This document shows, in pieces, positions 12,434 to 26,800 of a DNA stretch of 64,000 bases. Position 1 is the stretch's first letter, and every line of letters begins with the position of its first letter. Origin of the DNA: Tubiluchus corallicola (lineage: Eukaryota; Animalia; Priapulida); contig JAQGDQ010002366.1 in NCBI GenBank assembly GCA_030141605.1, forward strand, positions 628,660 to 692,659, given 5' to 3'. The position numbers were made by a program, and so were the translations under genes. The notes below the pieces were generated by a model. That model saw only the letters and a program-made list of their open reading frames with translations, was not told the DNA's origin and made no database searches.

Positions 12434-15400
12434 ATGGAACTTGAACGGCATTGCCTGCTGCTTGTTGTGGGTAAGTGGTATTTATCGATCAAATTTTATT
12501 CAAAATATTTTTTGCAGAGTTCTAGATGTATGTTGTTTGTTTAATCTTAATGTTTAAGATAATAAACTAAAAATGAGGGCTATTATGCGCTTTAAAGGTC
12601 ACAGGCTTATAGACCACTAATGCATTGGCAAATGTAGAATAGTCGCCGTTATAAACAAGCTTAGATCTTCTATTACCCAGTAATTTATTAGTTTGGCTAG
12701 GCGTCTGCTATGCTCACAAACCCTGACAACTTAACTTATTGGACTTATATCTCAAAGGTCCCTAACACAAATCTAGACTGCGTCATAACCCGTTATGTAT
12801 TTCAGAATTATTTACAACTAGCAAAATTTACAAATTAATTTTCAATTCTAACTGTGCCTTACGAATAGTTGAACGTTGTTGTACTATGCACTATGCAATA
12901 GACGTCAAAGGGTTCACTAAATGAAAGGATAACCTCAGTGAAAACTGCTTGGAACAACTTTATCAGCAATTCTGCCCCTGGTTATTCAATACATTAAACA
13001 AAGATGCAAAGAAAATCGCAGCCTGAAAATATTTACTCTCGTTTCCAAAACTGAGCACATTAGTTTAAAGACAGTTAATTTGGTTCAGATTAGAAAGTTT
13101 TTAAAACTGATACATGAATCCTCACCATGCAATTGTATGTGCAAGCATAAGTACAGAAAAAATAAAGTAATATAAATAGAAATAAACTCAGATAGACATA
13201 CATAAATACAAATACTTTGAAACAATGAAATAATGACAACAACTGTCTTAAAATTCACTATAAATACGTAAAAGGGAACCCAAAGTCTGATCACATTAAA
13301 ACGTTTAGTACTTCTAATGTAATTTTGGACGCAATCAAAAATTCTACAGTTAATAGCAATCTAAAAATAATTTCTTCTAGAAAGATACAATGACAACAAT
13401 TCACTTTTACTATATTGTAAAATATTGATATTTTAAAGACAATAATGTGTTATTTCACTGACTGAACATAGCATCTCTGGCTTGATAATAATGAGGGCAT
13501 TTAGGAAGATATGTTCTGTGGTTTCAAAACAATAATCACAACCACAATTTGGAAGGGAGGGGAAACCATCCGAAACTATGCAGCCTTTCAAAAATAAATC
13601 ACGATTTAACTGACTAAAGCGGCTACACATGCGTGATGGACATTATTGTTGTAACAACTGGCGTTGTCGGAAACTGCAGATATAGTAACTGTTACTTATC
13701 TTTGGTACTTCTTGTGATAATCGTCTGTTAATGAATCGTTTTTTTACAATTAGCAATTATCTTAGCTGTTGAAAGCGAATTGTTGGAGCTAAACGATGAT
13801 GTCAAAGTTGGAATCCTGAATCTGCACAATGATATTCGAGCTGGATATCAAGAGATTCAATACCTGGAGAAGGAGAATGTTCAGCGTCTTTATCCTACTG
13901 ATATGAAACGTCTGGTGAGACGTATGATGTGCTTTTTTATGCCCAGCATTTTTATAAAAATATTAAACTTTTAGAATATTAAACATTGCTCAATGTTATT
14001 TAAATTGCTGTCTTTTAAAGCATATAAGAACTTAATGGGAAATACACATTTTCGACCATATGTCAAAATGATCTAAAGTTTAACATATTGCAACGCATAA
14101 TTGTTAATACGCGAATAAAAGCTGGCATATCTTTCATTACAATATTTATTAAAACTGATTCAATAATAACGTTTCGCTAATAGTCATTAACGTCTTTAGT
14201 TCTGTTGATGGAACAGAGTAGTTGTCAATTAGTTTGAAATGCATATTATTGGAAGGACATTTCTGATTTGGAATAATGATAATTTCGTAATGTCCATTAT
14301 AATATATTATATCATTCATTCACTTATATTATACTGGTTTTACGACATTATCAACATTCCCAATCAGAAATGCGCTTGCAATAATATGCACTTCAAAACA
14401 ATTGCATTTTCTCTGTTCCATCAACGCAGTCGAACACAAATCAGTTTTAATAAATATTATAATGAAAAACATGCCAGATTTTATTCGCGTTTTAAGATTT
14501 TAAACTTTTCACTTGACTGTTCGCATAAAGTTTGAACCCAATATGGAAAGCCTCTTATTAATAAATCCCATTTCGACTTTGATTTATCAATAACGTGAAC
14601 AAGTTCTCAATTATTCCCACTTTACAAAGTTACAATAGGGGAATGCGGAGATAACTTTCAGACAATTAGAACACGAAAATCTGACTGCCTTGTTGTCTGC
14701 CCACCAAACATCCTAATGCACTGATGAAATTATGACAAACTATGGCAAACTGATGACGCCTGCGTGACGATTATTACTTGAACACTGTTATCACACTAAT
14801 ATTTAAGAATACAAAAATTATTAATGAATAAAGTTACTGTTTTTTATTCATAATTTCAGGTGTGGAATGCAGAAGCTGAAAGACAAGCTGAGAAACACAT
14901 TGAAACCTGCATTTTCGCACATGAGGGAGATGGAATTATTTCTCGTGAATTAAAAGGTTAAAACTTAATACTTAAATCTGGGCAAGTGTGCCTGAATCTG
15001 GTGCACATCTTATTCCGTGTTTAAACGGAAGTATGCCTAACAAACTGATCTACGTTCTGTACAGAAAGTCGGATACACTCTCTTGTGCATCATTCAGATT
15101 AAAAGGTGACGAATTGGTTAATACTACCGTTAATGAAAAACTGGAAAGATAAATACTTGACCGTAAGGAAATCAACATTGGAAACTCGGACAAGCTATCT
15201 AAAGGCGCTGTAAACAAAACAATAGAAAACCATATTTCGTTTTAATGAGAATAATCTCAAAAATGCTATTAAAAGTCAACCCGTAAGGAAATGTCTGAAA
15301 ATTGGCATGACCTTATTAAGTCTCTCGTTGGTACAGGGCTAATTCTTGGAATTGGTTTGATTGGAAAACTCATGTTTAACGTGGAAGAGTTTTGCATACT

Positions 15401-18400
15401 GTTGTAAATGTTCAGAAATTTCTGTTAAATACCAGTATTGATACTCTGCAAACTCGAGCAAGTCTAGTGACATGGAACAAACAAATGCCCTTATTGTGAT
15501 AATTACGAAACCCTGCATCATGTATTTAATCATTGCCATGTATCATTTGAGCAAGGAAGGCCCACATAGAGACAAAATGTGTTTTGAGTCACCTATATGA
15601 ATTGATTAGAACTTAATAATTCTAATTTAAACCTAACTCTAAAATTCGTTCTGATATGACTGACCGGCACACTGAAATTAGTGGAACAGTACGTGCAGAA
15701 ATAGCAGTAACTAGTGGGAACAGTGCGTGTAGAAATAGCAGTAACTAGTGGGAACAGTGCATGTAGAAATAGCAGTAACTAATGGGAACAGTGCGTGTAG
15801 AAGTAGCAGTGACTAGTAGGAACAGTGCATGTAGAAACAGCAATATTAGCAGAGGCGATACCTGCAGAAATAGTAGTAACTAGTAGGAACAGTACGTGTA
15901 GAAACAGTAGTAACTCGTGGAGACGGTACCTGCTGAAATAGTAGGAACAGTGCGTGTAATAATAGCAGTAAGTTGCAGGAACAATGCGTGTAAAATAACA
16001 GTAATTAGCACGAACAGTGCGTGTAGAAATAGTTGTAACTAGCGCGAACAGTATCTGTGGAAACAGCATAGGAAGAGGTCTGGTGGAAATAGTAGTAACT
16101 AATGGGGACAGTAATAGGGATCTGTCATAATTTTATCGTCATTTGTCTTTGTATCTTAATGTGTCTGTCCATTTTTATTCCATATAAGACATATAGGACT
16201 GTATGTGACCGAAGTCGCCGGAATCCGGACCCACGAACCTCGATCCCGATTTTTTCTCAAATCCCGAAACCCGTTCTCGAATATTCAGTCCCGTTTATTG
16301 CAGGTTTTTGAAGTTTGTCAAGAAAAATAATTTGCCAAGCTACTAATAGTTTAAGATTTGTGATAAAATGTTTTTTGCTATTTTATGAACTATGACTGCG
16401 TTGCGTGATTGCCAAGGTTCAGTTATGTTTCAAAGCGTTTTGTAGATTTAATGTAAACGCGCGATATACTATTGCAGTAAATTATAAAGATAAAATGCCA
16501 GAAACGTTCTAAGACCCTGTCCGATGCTGTAATATGCTTTCGCCAAATTATGTGACTAATTTATTCCCGTAGTCGTTAATTTGCCAGTAATGTTGGAATA
16601 ATAATGGAGGAGGTTAGATTAGAGAAGGTTAATTAGACTAGACAAGGCTAGGTTAGGTTAGCTTGGGTTGGATTTGAATTACGTTGAATTTGGCTAAATT
16701 GAGTGGGATTGGATTGGGTCAGGCTAAACTAGACTAGATTAGATTGGATTAGATTAACATTTCTTAACCTAGACCTTACTTTAACAAGAAAAAGTCAAAT
16801 CTTCACACTTTCTGTATAGTATATGTTTCGCATATATCTTCTAACAGAATGAGTGTCATTAATAACGCATGACTACGACTGGCCTGGGAAATGTGCCCAA
16901 TTTTGATATGTTCACCCATAAAATTATTAAAATCACAGACAGTAACATTATCAGTGATTAAGTGTGCCTTTATTCAACAGATGGTACAATCTGTGGTCAA
17001 AATTTAGCAATAAGATTTACCGGTAATGACTGGACAAGAGTCATAGAAGCCTGGATGAAAGAACAACTGAAATTTATATATGGTCTCCCAGGGCATTTTG
17101 AACTTTTTGCGCATGGACATTACACACAGGTATGCAAGAATAGGATTACATTCTTACTAGGTCAATATGTAACGTATGTAACTAGGTCAATAGAAAATTG
17201 ACACAAATGTCAATGCTAATCACACAAAAAGTTTAACCGTCGTCCATTTTTATATATTTCAACATTCTGCCACCGGAATCCACCATTCAACAGTAGGGCC
17301 TACTTAACCTTGATATTTGTGCTAAAACTGACCTTAGTCATTATCAAATCCAATTACCCAGAGTGGGACTCTGCAGACATCTCCAATAAACGCACAAAAT
17401 TAACTGTAAATTATCAGATCTGAAAAATGTTTTGCACTTCAATTGGGACACGAACCCAGACCTTCTGGTACTATGCTAATGTTAACCACGTTCGGGTATG
17501 CTTTCTCAATGAGGTAAACAGTCAGAATCAGTATGACAAATTAAACACACGGGAGCGAGAATTGAACCCTGGTAGTCGCTATTAAATGTTAAATGCCCCC
17601 ACTAGAAATTGCAAGAAGATGAAATTTTTCGAAACGCTGTGGAAGTGGGTAACACAGTGGTAGCCCAAGGCTCCACGATGGAATTGTATAAAAACTAATC
17701 CGGAATGTGAAGTATTGGATTATTCTCTTATTGAGTTACTGCAATGACGTCATAATATAAAAACTGGCTAGAACTTATTACATGAATGAGAATGAGACCA
17801 GCTTCACGGCGAAAGCAATCTGTTTATAAGGTTACATTTCAAGCAAGTAACCCAAAAACTGTAACTATAGGTGCCATTATAACTGACACGCTTTCCACAT
17901 CTATTTATTGTTTATTTAGGTAGTGTGGGCAAAGACGTGTAGTATTGGATGTGCTGTTGCTAGTTGCGACGGCAATTTTCTTTATGCATGCAACTACTGT
18001 CAGATGTAAGTGAGCTGCTAAGCTTGTTTTTTAGATCCACTTCTATAGTTCATGTTGTTGTTGGTGTTGCTGCTCTTTCTGTTTGTGTTGTTGCTGTTAC
18101 TGTCACTGTTGTTATTGTTGTTGCTATTGTTGCAGATGCTGTTGTTGTTACATTTATTTTTGAAAGCTATCACAGTTTCTGTCATAAGCGATGGAAGTTT
18201 TGCACGAAGACACTACGGACCATTGCACAGACTACAGTGGGGACAGAGTTTTCACTTTCCCAATACTGCCTTCACACATGCCCGTTGACTTAATTTGCCA
18301 CATTGTTGTGGTTTCTTTCAATCTAGTGCAGGCTTATGCTAAATTATGAATCTGCATAATTAATCTGTTTTTTCGTAAAAACTTAGAATATTTCTTGCCC

Positions 18401-20400
18401 CATAGTTTATAAATGATAGACTTTCGGTGAGAATTTCATCTATAAAGCGGAAGTCAAGCCGGAAGAACCGATACATACAACATTTATATGCCGGGGATGT
18501 ATAAGATTTTTACGTGCAGATCGAAACACATTTGTGCTTCCATTCTAGTTGAATAAAATTAATGACGCAACTGGCAATGTCTAACAGTTAACTTGATGCA
18601 TTAGTTTTTTAGCTTGTTCTTTTGTCTGACTGACCGGCTGGCTGGCTGACTGACTTGTTATCTCTTTTCTTTAGCTAGTCGATCGACATGTTCGTTCGTA
18701 AGTTTGTTTATATGTTTACTTGTTTGTATGCGTGTATCTTTTATAAGTACACTTAGAGCATTCTGAAGCAGAAATCCGAAGTGCGCTTCGAAATATTTGT
18801 TTTTCCTTATTAAAATTATTTTAATAAAGAAAGAATCGGTCAATTATATTTACATTTATGGGCGTAGTTATGGATGCCAAATCTATTAAATAAATTCTTC
18901 CTTGTTTTTCTTTCAATTATTTCAATCACTCGCGTACTGCCATTTCCCTTCATTATCCCAAACGAAACCGAAGAAAGGAATCATTCGTTTATTCAATCAT
19001 TTAATTCTTGGTTCATCAGTTCACTCGTTTATTCATTCGGTTATCCGATCACTTTCTCCAGTTCTTTTTCATTCAATTTTTATTTTTGTTGTTTTGACAC
19101 TTTGTATTGCAATTTACTCTGATTAAAATTTGAATTTCATAGGGGTAATCTGATGGGGTCGGAACATTTTCCATTCGAAATGTCACTGATACCGGAAGAA
19201 CACTGCTCTCAGTGTAGTAGCACCTGTCCCTGTGAGGAAGGACTGTGCACATGTAGCGAGGGAGAGTGTGTCATCAAAGGACAACCAGTCGCAAAACGTG
19301 AGCACTTCATTTTAGATTTAAAGGAAAGCCGGTCCCAGTGTGAAACTATAGCTCAAAACAATCTAATCTAAAAAATATTGAAAGGGAATTTTTTCAAGAA
19401 CGACTTGCGCAAAAGAATTATTACTACTGAAACGTAATTTCGCGTTCGCGCGGCTAGTTTTTCACTGCAACATACATTTCGCTATTCCCTAGCCAGATGG
19501 GCATTAGTGCCTGCTTCTCGGAAACGTGTTGCACAAAACCGAGTGCTGTACCTATCATTTCAGAGTTGTTCTGCCGTGATACTTCAATTTTTGTTTTTGC
19601 AAACACGTGCAACACGCTCGAGAAATATGCTGTTATGGTGTCATCAGTAGTTGGAATCGCCTGCCATTAATTAAGTTTTCAACCTATTATTTAATTATCA
19701 GAAACGCTTTGGCATTATTATAGGTGTTAAAGATATACTTTTTACTGTACTTGTGAAAAGTGTGAAAAATCATCCTGTTTTCTTTTAAAGTAAAATAAAC
19801 AAAGTATTTATTATTACAACCACGGGATAGTTATACAGCTCATTTTCTGGCATTGTAAAACCATTGTTGAGTTTTCAAAAATAAATCGGCTATCGTTACT
19901 GCCTACTACTTATATTACAGGGTATTGTATCAACGTACTTATAGCTATTCCTACACTGTGTTTTCGCCAGGACAATGTTGTTATTTTCAGTGACAGACGG
20001 CCTATAGATGTGAACAATACTGATCTATTCATTGGCGGTTTTTTTGACAGCTGAAAAGTTGAAAATTGCCAATGATCTAGAAGAACTTGCGGAACAAAAC
20101 AACGCGGATGAGATAGGGAAAACTAATGTGAAACCAGACCAAATATCCGGCTCAGCAAGCTCGGACACATCTTCCTCCGGATTGGACGGAAGTGACGAAG
20201 CTGGTGGTGAGGAACTAGAAGGAACTGAGATCGATTTTTCCGGAAAGGATCCAAATAAGACGCCAAGAGAAGAATCTAGATTTTCTTATGCGAATCTTCT
20301 AAAAAGATTAGGAGCAAACGATGATGGAAATACGTTCGTTATAGATAATAGGGAAGGTGCCGAAGGTGTAGATGTAATAGGAAAGTGCAAAGACGATTAA
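12434..20400 (+). CDS. CAP/SCP superfamily secreted protein (CRISP/GLIPR1/PI16-like) with Cys-rich hinge and acidic tail, 7 exons, ~344 aa
   Basis: Exons 12434..12470, 13754..13914, 14860..14956, 16981..17129, 17920..18005, 19143..19297 and 20051..20400, all GT-AG, total 1035 nt in frame. Motifs ILNLHNDIR, DMKRLVWN, CIFAH, CGQNLA, AWMKE, GHYTQVVWAKT-SIGCA, YACNY-MGN. Confidence 0.9.
13385..13640 (-). mobile_element. LINE (CR1/L2-group-like) 3' remnant
   Basis: SQLNRDLF...PNCGCDYCFETTEHIFL resembles the C-terminal CCHC motif of LINE ORF2. Degraded. Confidence 0.55.
15375..15595 (+). mobile_element. Fragment of an RLE-type non-LTR retrotransposon (HERO/NeSL/R2-like zinc-knuckle region)
   Basis: KFLLNTSIDTLQTRASLVTW, then a frameshift, then KCPYCDNYETLHHVFNHCHVSFEQGRPT*RQN. 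This matches the CxxC-ETxxH-C-QGRYxWRH pattern. Confidence 0.7.
15675..16112. repeat. 34-bp minisatellite, ~12 progressively degenerate copies
   Basis: Unit GAAATAGCAGTAACTAGTGGGAACAGTGCGTGTA, starting at 15698, 15732, 15766 and onward. Confidence 0.9.
16612..16775. repeat. Degenerate (TTAGG/TTAGA)n pentamer tract
   Basis: GGTTAGATTAGA...CTAGGTTAGGTTAG...GATTAGATTGGATTAGATT. Confidence 0.7.
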
Positions 20401-22462
20401 ATGACTTTTGCACTGCATTAAATACGAAATTATGCCCAGTATTTAAAACTCTAGAGAGTTTAGGGCATTGGCAATTTTTAATCAATGAAATTATGTCCAC
20501 AGAATTAAAGCGTCGCTCATCATTAATTAATAAAATAAGCTAATTCAACTCCGCCATTTATTCAGTAATATAAGGGCCTGGTAAATGTATATTCATATTA
20601 CAATGCACGTTGGTGGTATATGGTACAACTTTTTTTCTGTCAGACAGACGTATCAGTCTTATCGATTTTAGACAAGGGTTTTTGAAAAAAACGCATTCTT
20701 TAATGAAGGAAACGGCGGTGTGGTTATACTGGAATTGGGAAAGGGAGCGGAAACAACTCATTGAATATAAGATGTAATGTAAATGTAGTGTATTTAGACT
20801 TTCCGTTAAATATGTACACTGCCTTCCATGTGGTGTCATATTCACGTTACGTTTACATTAATTTGCACCAACAGAATCTGTAAAAAAATCTTATTAGTGC
20901 AGGTGAAAATCTTGACAGCATCTCAATTATTTAGAGAGAACTACCCTCCAAGCTGAAAAGTGACGTTCATCAGATCGAATGCGGATGGGATAATTTAGTG
21001 TTTCATTTTATCATTTTCCCTTTGCGCGCCTGCGATTCGGAACATGGCATTATTCGGTTGGTCTGGTATCTTAGCTGAATAGTCGGCCGCTAATGAAACC
21101 AGTAGGTAAACTTATTATGATATCTGGCTACTTATTGTTTTCCTTTGGTATTACAAATACAAATATCACAATATAAAAACTCATTTTTTTGTATTTTACT
21201 TTTAACTTAATATTATAATATTTCGTTGTAATCAATTATTAGTTAATACAGAATAAGCAATCAACTTACATAGATTGTTACGTAGATATATGGCATTAAT
21301 AATATGTCAACTACATCAATATGTGGAAAATGCTGATCATCTGGTAGTAATGTACACGATTCATAATTAGCACTAGTTAAATATTCTTACAATAATTATA
21401 CACTTTTTGTAATAATTTCTAGAACAACAACACAGAACTATAGCCCTCTTGTTCAACGTACAGTAATAATAAGCAGAAGCGTTAAGAACATTGCAAACAT
21501 AATAAACTGTTACTAGAGAGACCGATTTATATTGAGGCAATATTAAACGTTGTATCAGTTTTTTTTAATTGTTAATTACAGTAATTAATATCTAACATCT
21601 TAAAAAGTATAATCACTCATATTTATCTGCTAAAAATTTAAACTGCAAAAATTTCACTACTTTCATATTGATTAGGTACTTAAGAATAAGTGAAATAAAT
21701 TGCTACATGTGTACATAATACAGACAAAAGCTCAGATAAAAACGTATGCTAAAAGTTATTGTAAAAAATCGGAAGATAAGTACTTAAAGCTTTTATAAGT
21801 TAAACAGCGCCATCGTATAGTGACTTTTCCGAATATTTCAATTGACGATAATATTTTGGCTGTTTTACTAATTGAACTCTTTACTAATGGAACTCTTAAC
21901 AGGAGACACAAGTCATCTCTATTGTGTTGAAGCCTTTATATCTTGGTTCACTAATACATTACTGTTATAGTAATACTATCCAGTTTTTGACTTGCAGCAG
22001 CTATTTTGTACCAAAATTTTAATAATGATATTTTGTGGTAGAACCGATGTAATAGTAATCCTGAAACAGAGATATCTAATAAAAATAATCAGACAATTTG
22101 AAACATCAATTTTGCACTCTTACAGCAGCCTCGTGTCACCAATTTTAGAAATTTTCAGAATAAAAAATTATTCAGAGGTTGTGTATCTTATTTTGCAATA
22201 TCACGAAAATATCGCCAAATTCGGGGCAGCACAAAGAATGATATCAAATGTAAAATTTTGTTTCTTTGTTTGCATGAAAACGATCCATTATATTTTGTTA
22301 CGCTGCTACTTTGGATATTTTAATCATAAAGATGTGACAAACCTACTGTAAAGTTTAAAAACGGCTGCCAAAACTAACTGATAGAAAACAGTTTTTTACT
22401 CAGTTTTGTAACACTCAACAGATAGCGGGTAAAACGCTTACCTAGCTGCCGGTGATGAAATG

Positions 22463-23712
22463 CTAGTAAGCCTTTTCATCTTTTTCGATACTCTTCCATA
22501 AGCAACCAGTACACATCAGTCCCGTAGACTGGAAAGAAAAATTACGAACGCTCAGAAAAATACACGTACAAATAACCAATTTGTCATTGAATGGGGTACT
22601 TGATGACTTTCTTTTTGCCCTACGTGATGCTGTACTTTCCAAAGAAACAACTTTCTTCTAGCACAGATAAGAAGCCAGAAGGAAAAATGATTTTTATTTA
22701 TCAGCAGCTGTTGAGCATCTAGGGTAAATATACCAGAGCAGCAGGAAAACGCGAATTATGAGTTTTGTGAAAATTATTAATTAAGAAGTACAAAAAATAT
22801 CAACCACGAGCGGTACAGAGAGCACCTATAAGGTAGCAGTGAAAGAGTCTTAAGGTAAACATATTGTTGATGCTGCTGCTGTTAGTGGTGGTGGTATTGC
22901 TGTATTGTTGCTGTTACTGCTGCTGTCACTGTTGGCGTTACTGCAGCTGCTGCTACTGTTATTGCTACTACTGTTCCTAGTTGTTACTGTTGCTGCTATT
23001 GCTGTCATTCTTGCTGTCGTTGTCGGTGTTGTAATAATTTTAGCTGACTTCATAACTGAATTTCCTCATGAGTTTTTTTAATATGGTAGGAACTAACGTA
23101 ACGCATGGCAGGTACTACACTGACTAATCGCGCATTACTAATTACATTAATGACTCACTTGAATATTCATTAACTGCGGAGTCTTTACTGATAGATAAAT
23201 AAAATGGCAGAATTACGTATAATTGCATTTTGCTAAACTTACCAACGCGAATAAAACTCCAACGCTGAGGGAGATCAGCATTCCATAGTTTGTCCTGTAA
23301 TAGAACATGATCTGTTCCGAACAACCCTAGAAAACGTAAAGAACCGTTTTAGCATTGCTATGACTGTGCGATGTGTAGCAAAATGCAGCCCCCTTTAGCA
23401 TTGCTCTGAATGTGCGTTGTGTAGCGAAATGCAGCCCATTTTAGCATTGCTCTGAATGTGCGTTGTGTAGCGAAATTCAGCCCATTTTAGCATTGCTCTG
23501 AATGTGCGTTGTGTAGCAAAATGCAGCCCCTTTTAGCATTGCTCAGAATGTGCGTTGTGTAGCAAAATGCAGCACAGTAGATTATCATAATACCTATGCG
23601 AAACTGAGGGATGATGACACCATTGTGATCTGGTTGTAATGTACTATTTTCACAGTAACAAATAGATGACATTAACGACAATAAAGAAAACAACGAGTAC
23701 CAGTATTATTGC

Positions 23713-23804
<92 letters not shown>

Positions 23805-23837
23805 TCATGATCATCATCATCATCATCATCGTCATCG

Positions 23838-23874
<37 letters not shown>

Positions 23875-26800
23875 TATTATTATTATTATTACTAAAGATA
23901 ATAGTGGCAACAATAATAACAGTGCTGATGATGATAATAACTATGCGAAGGAGACAGTCCTAAAACTAACAGCATTATTAAAACTTATAACTTACTCTAA
24001 GGTACCGTTCTCCAGTGAAACCATTTATGCAAGATCTGGGTATCTCTACATTCCGAATTGCCCAATCAACTGTACCGTTTGCTCCACAACAACGTCCCTT
24101 AAAATGAGAAGAAACACGTTAAGAATGAAAACTCAGTGGTGGATTAATTTATGCGAAATCGACAAGGCAAATCTTAGACATAAATTCTGGCATATTCAAG
24201 TTTCAACGCAGGTGTAACTTCCGCGAGTCTGTATAGTTTTTAAATTTCCAATAAGATGTAATCAAATAATCACTCAGTGGTACTGTCATACGTACAAATT
24301 GCTGCATATGATCCATAGTGAACTTCAACTCATCATGACCGGGTACGTAATAGTAGTTCACAAATCTATCCATCTCTGTGTATATTGTATTCGACGCCTA
24401 AGAGTGAAGAAAACAGTTAACGTACCGCTTAAGTGAAAACGTAGAAAAAGACGTATTGTATTATATTGTATTGTATTGTATTGTATTGTATTGTATTGTA
24501 TTGTATTGTATTGTATTGTATTGTATTGTATTGTATTGTATTGTATTGTATTGTATTGTATTGTATTGTATTGTATTGTATTGTATTGTATTGTATTGTA
24601 TTGTATTGTATTGTATTGTATTGTATTGTATTGTATTGTATTGTATTGTATTGCATTGCATTGCATTGCATTGTATTGCATTGCATTGCATTGCATTGCA
24701 TTGCATTGCATTGCATTGCATTGCATTGCATTGCATTGCATTGCATTGCATTGTACCTTGCCACGCCCGCCGTGGTGTGCGTTAGCGTGTCGTGTCATAT
24801 TGCACTTTATTGTTGCATTGTATTGTATGTAATTTATGTTGTAAATCACTCTGTAAGTAATCGTGTATGTTACAATCGAAATCACACAAATATCATTAAA
24901 AAGCACCAAATTAACTTAAATCTTGTTTGGGTATGTGTGAAAAACGTAGAATACATAAAAAGCTCTTGCATATAAAGGTAACTATATTTTTTTATAAAAG
25001 CTTAAACAATCGCTGGCAAGTCACAATGTAAAAAAATATTTAAAGAAGGCTTTTGTAACTTACATTATTTTTCGCAACTATGCACCAGACGATCTCAAAC
25101 AGCATGCAAACCATCAAGAATATCAGACAAACCACGTACTAAAAACAAAAATCATCTAAATCTTCTAGCTAATAATTGACTAATTCTTTAGGCAATCAAA
25201 ATTATTATTGATGATTAAATAGTATGTCATCTGCGTTTGTTTGCAAATCTCTCTATGCTTGTGGCCTATGCATATTTCAACAGTCTCAACTAGTGGCTGC
25301 ATTACAGCATTACTTGGCTGCGATAATTTCACATTTGTAATAAAGGAACAAACATTCGAATCTAATTGCGCCTTTATGTGTTAATAAACTTTAGCCAAGG
25401 CTGCATGCTAAACTTGGCCTATCATTTTAAGTTAAACATATAAAATAAATACTATTATTAAGACTAATCAATAACCATCCAAAGTACGTAATTTTATTAT
25501 TATTCAGTAAATGACCAACTTTTTGACTAGCAGTTTATGTAACCAGATGGGTTTAAAAGATACTGCAAATATCACAAGCAATCTTTTTCAATGGTTAATG
25601 ATTCGGCGTTATTGATGGTAGGCAAAGAAAAACAAGCTAGAGAAAATAGCAAGTTAAAAAAATTTGCATCAAATTTTGGCTGATTACTCACAATTATATG
25701 TAAGCAACCACGAAATGGTACATAACCATATGTTGGGAGGGGTACAAAAAAGTGAATATACTGTAATAGTACAAAACAGTATATTGCAACAAAAGATTAC
25801 GGAAACAAAAGCATATTTCTCGTGACCCCAATGTTTACTGTGGAAACCTCCAGAAACCGCGATCGAACTGACTAACCTAGAAAACGCTGGACTTCAATCC
25901 TGCAACAGACATTGGAGCTATTCTGAAACACAGAGCGGAGGGGAGGCTTAGATGATCTAAGGAAGTTGCCATTGATCAACAGACAAAAGACAAACTTGTG
26001 CTAAAGCAAGTAAGCAAGTAAGTAAAGAAAGAAAGAAAGAAAGTGTTGAAGGATCTTTAGTTAAACTACTCGCTTGGAGTCAACCATACCCCGCAGGATT
26101 GCAGACCTTGCTTGACAGGGGGAGGCTTCCACACTAAAACTAATTGCGTCATAGATTCTCTGTCGTTCAGCCTTTATTGCTACCACTAACTACTCGTTGT
26201 TTTGTGCCCCTCGGTAAAGATTATGTACCATCTGTCATATATGTTTGGGCAGGTCCAACCTTTTTAGTTCCGTAAAACGTTTTAGTTCTGTCTCTCAACT
26301 TAATTTTTATTATAGTATAATTGCAATAATTTAGGTAATATACAACTATTTATAATATTGAAATGAACCTTTTACAATGTACTGAACTATTTTATCATGA
26401 AATTTGATTTTAATTCCGTACTTTTTAATCTATATTACACCAGCTTTTAAAGGAGAGAACAATACATTCACTATGTTGGGTTTATTTTACTGTTCTTACT
26501 TAAACTTAGAAAAATATAACAAAGAGATTTGCGAAGAACTGCCTATAAAGCATATATTTAAAATTAAATCTACTACCACTGAATAGGAAATTTCAGGCGA
26601 GCTGAATAGATTAGCTATCTATTTTTTTCGCAAAAGACTTATTATACTTTTGATGGTAATTAACAGTGCGCTACTTTTCTTCAAGGCGAATGACGTCATT
26701 GGAAGAAGAATGGGCATTGTAAATGGGAACGCCCAAGCATGAAGTGATCCCGACTTTAATTGATTTTACTAGTTACACGAGGCGCTTATTGCAGTTTTAT

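Noticed and set aside
23650-24217. Poly-I/S/L/M ORFs
   Set aside because: Compound trinucleotide repeat; the real exon here is minus-strand 23996..24097.
24358-24975. QYNTI/IVLYC/MQCNA ORFs in six frames
   Set aside because: Pentanucleotide microsatellite; the real tetraspanin exon 24296..24397 is in a different frame.
26068-26135. HDV-like ribozyme or RTE 5' end
   Set aside because: A GC-rich patch, but I could not build the nested double pseudoknot by eye.
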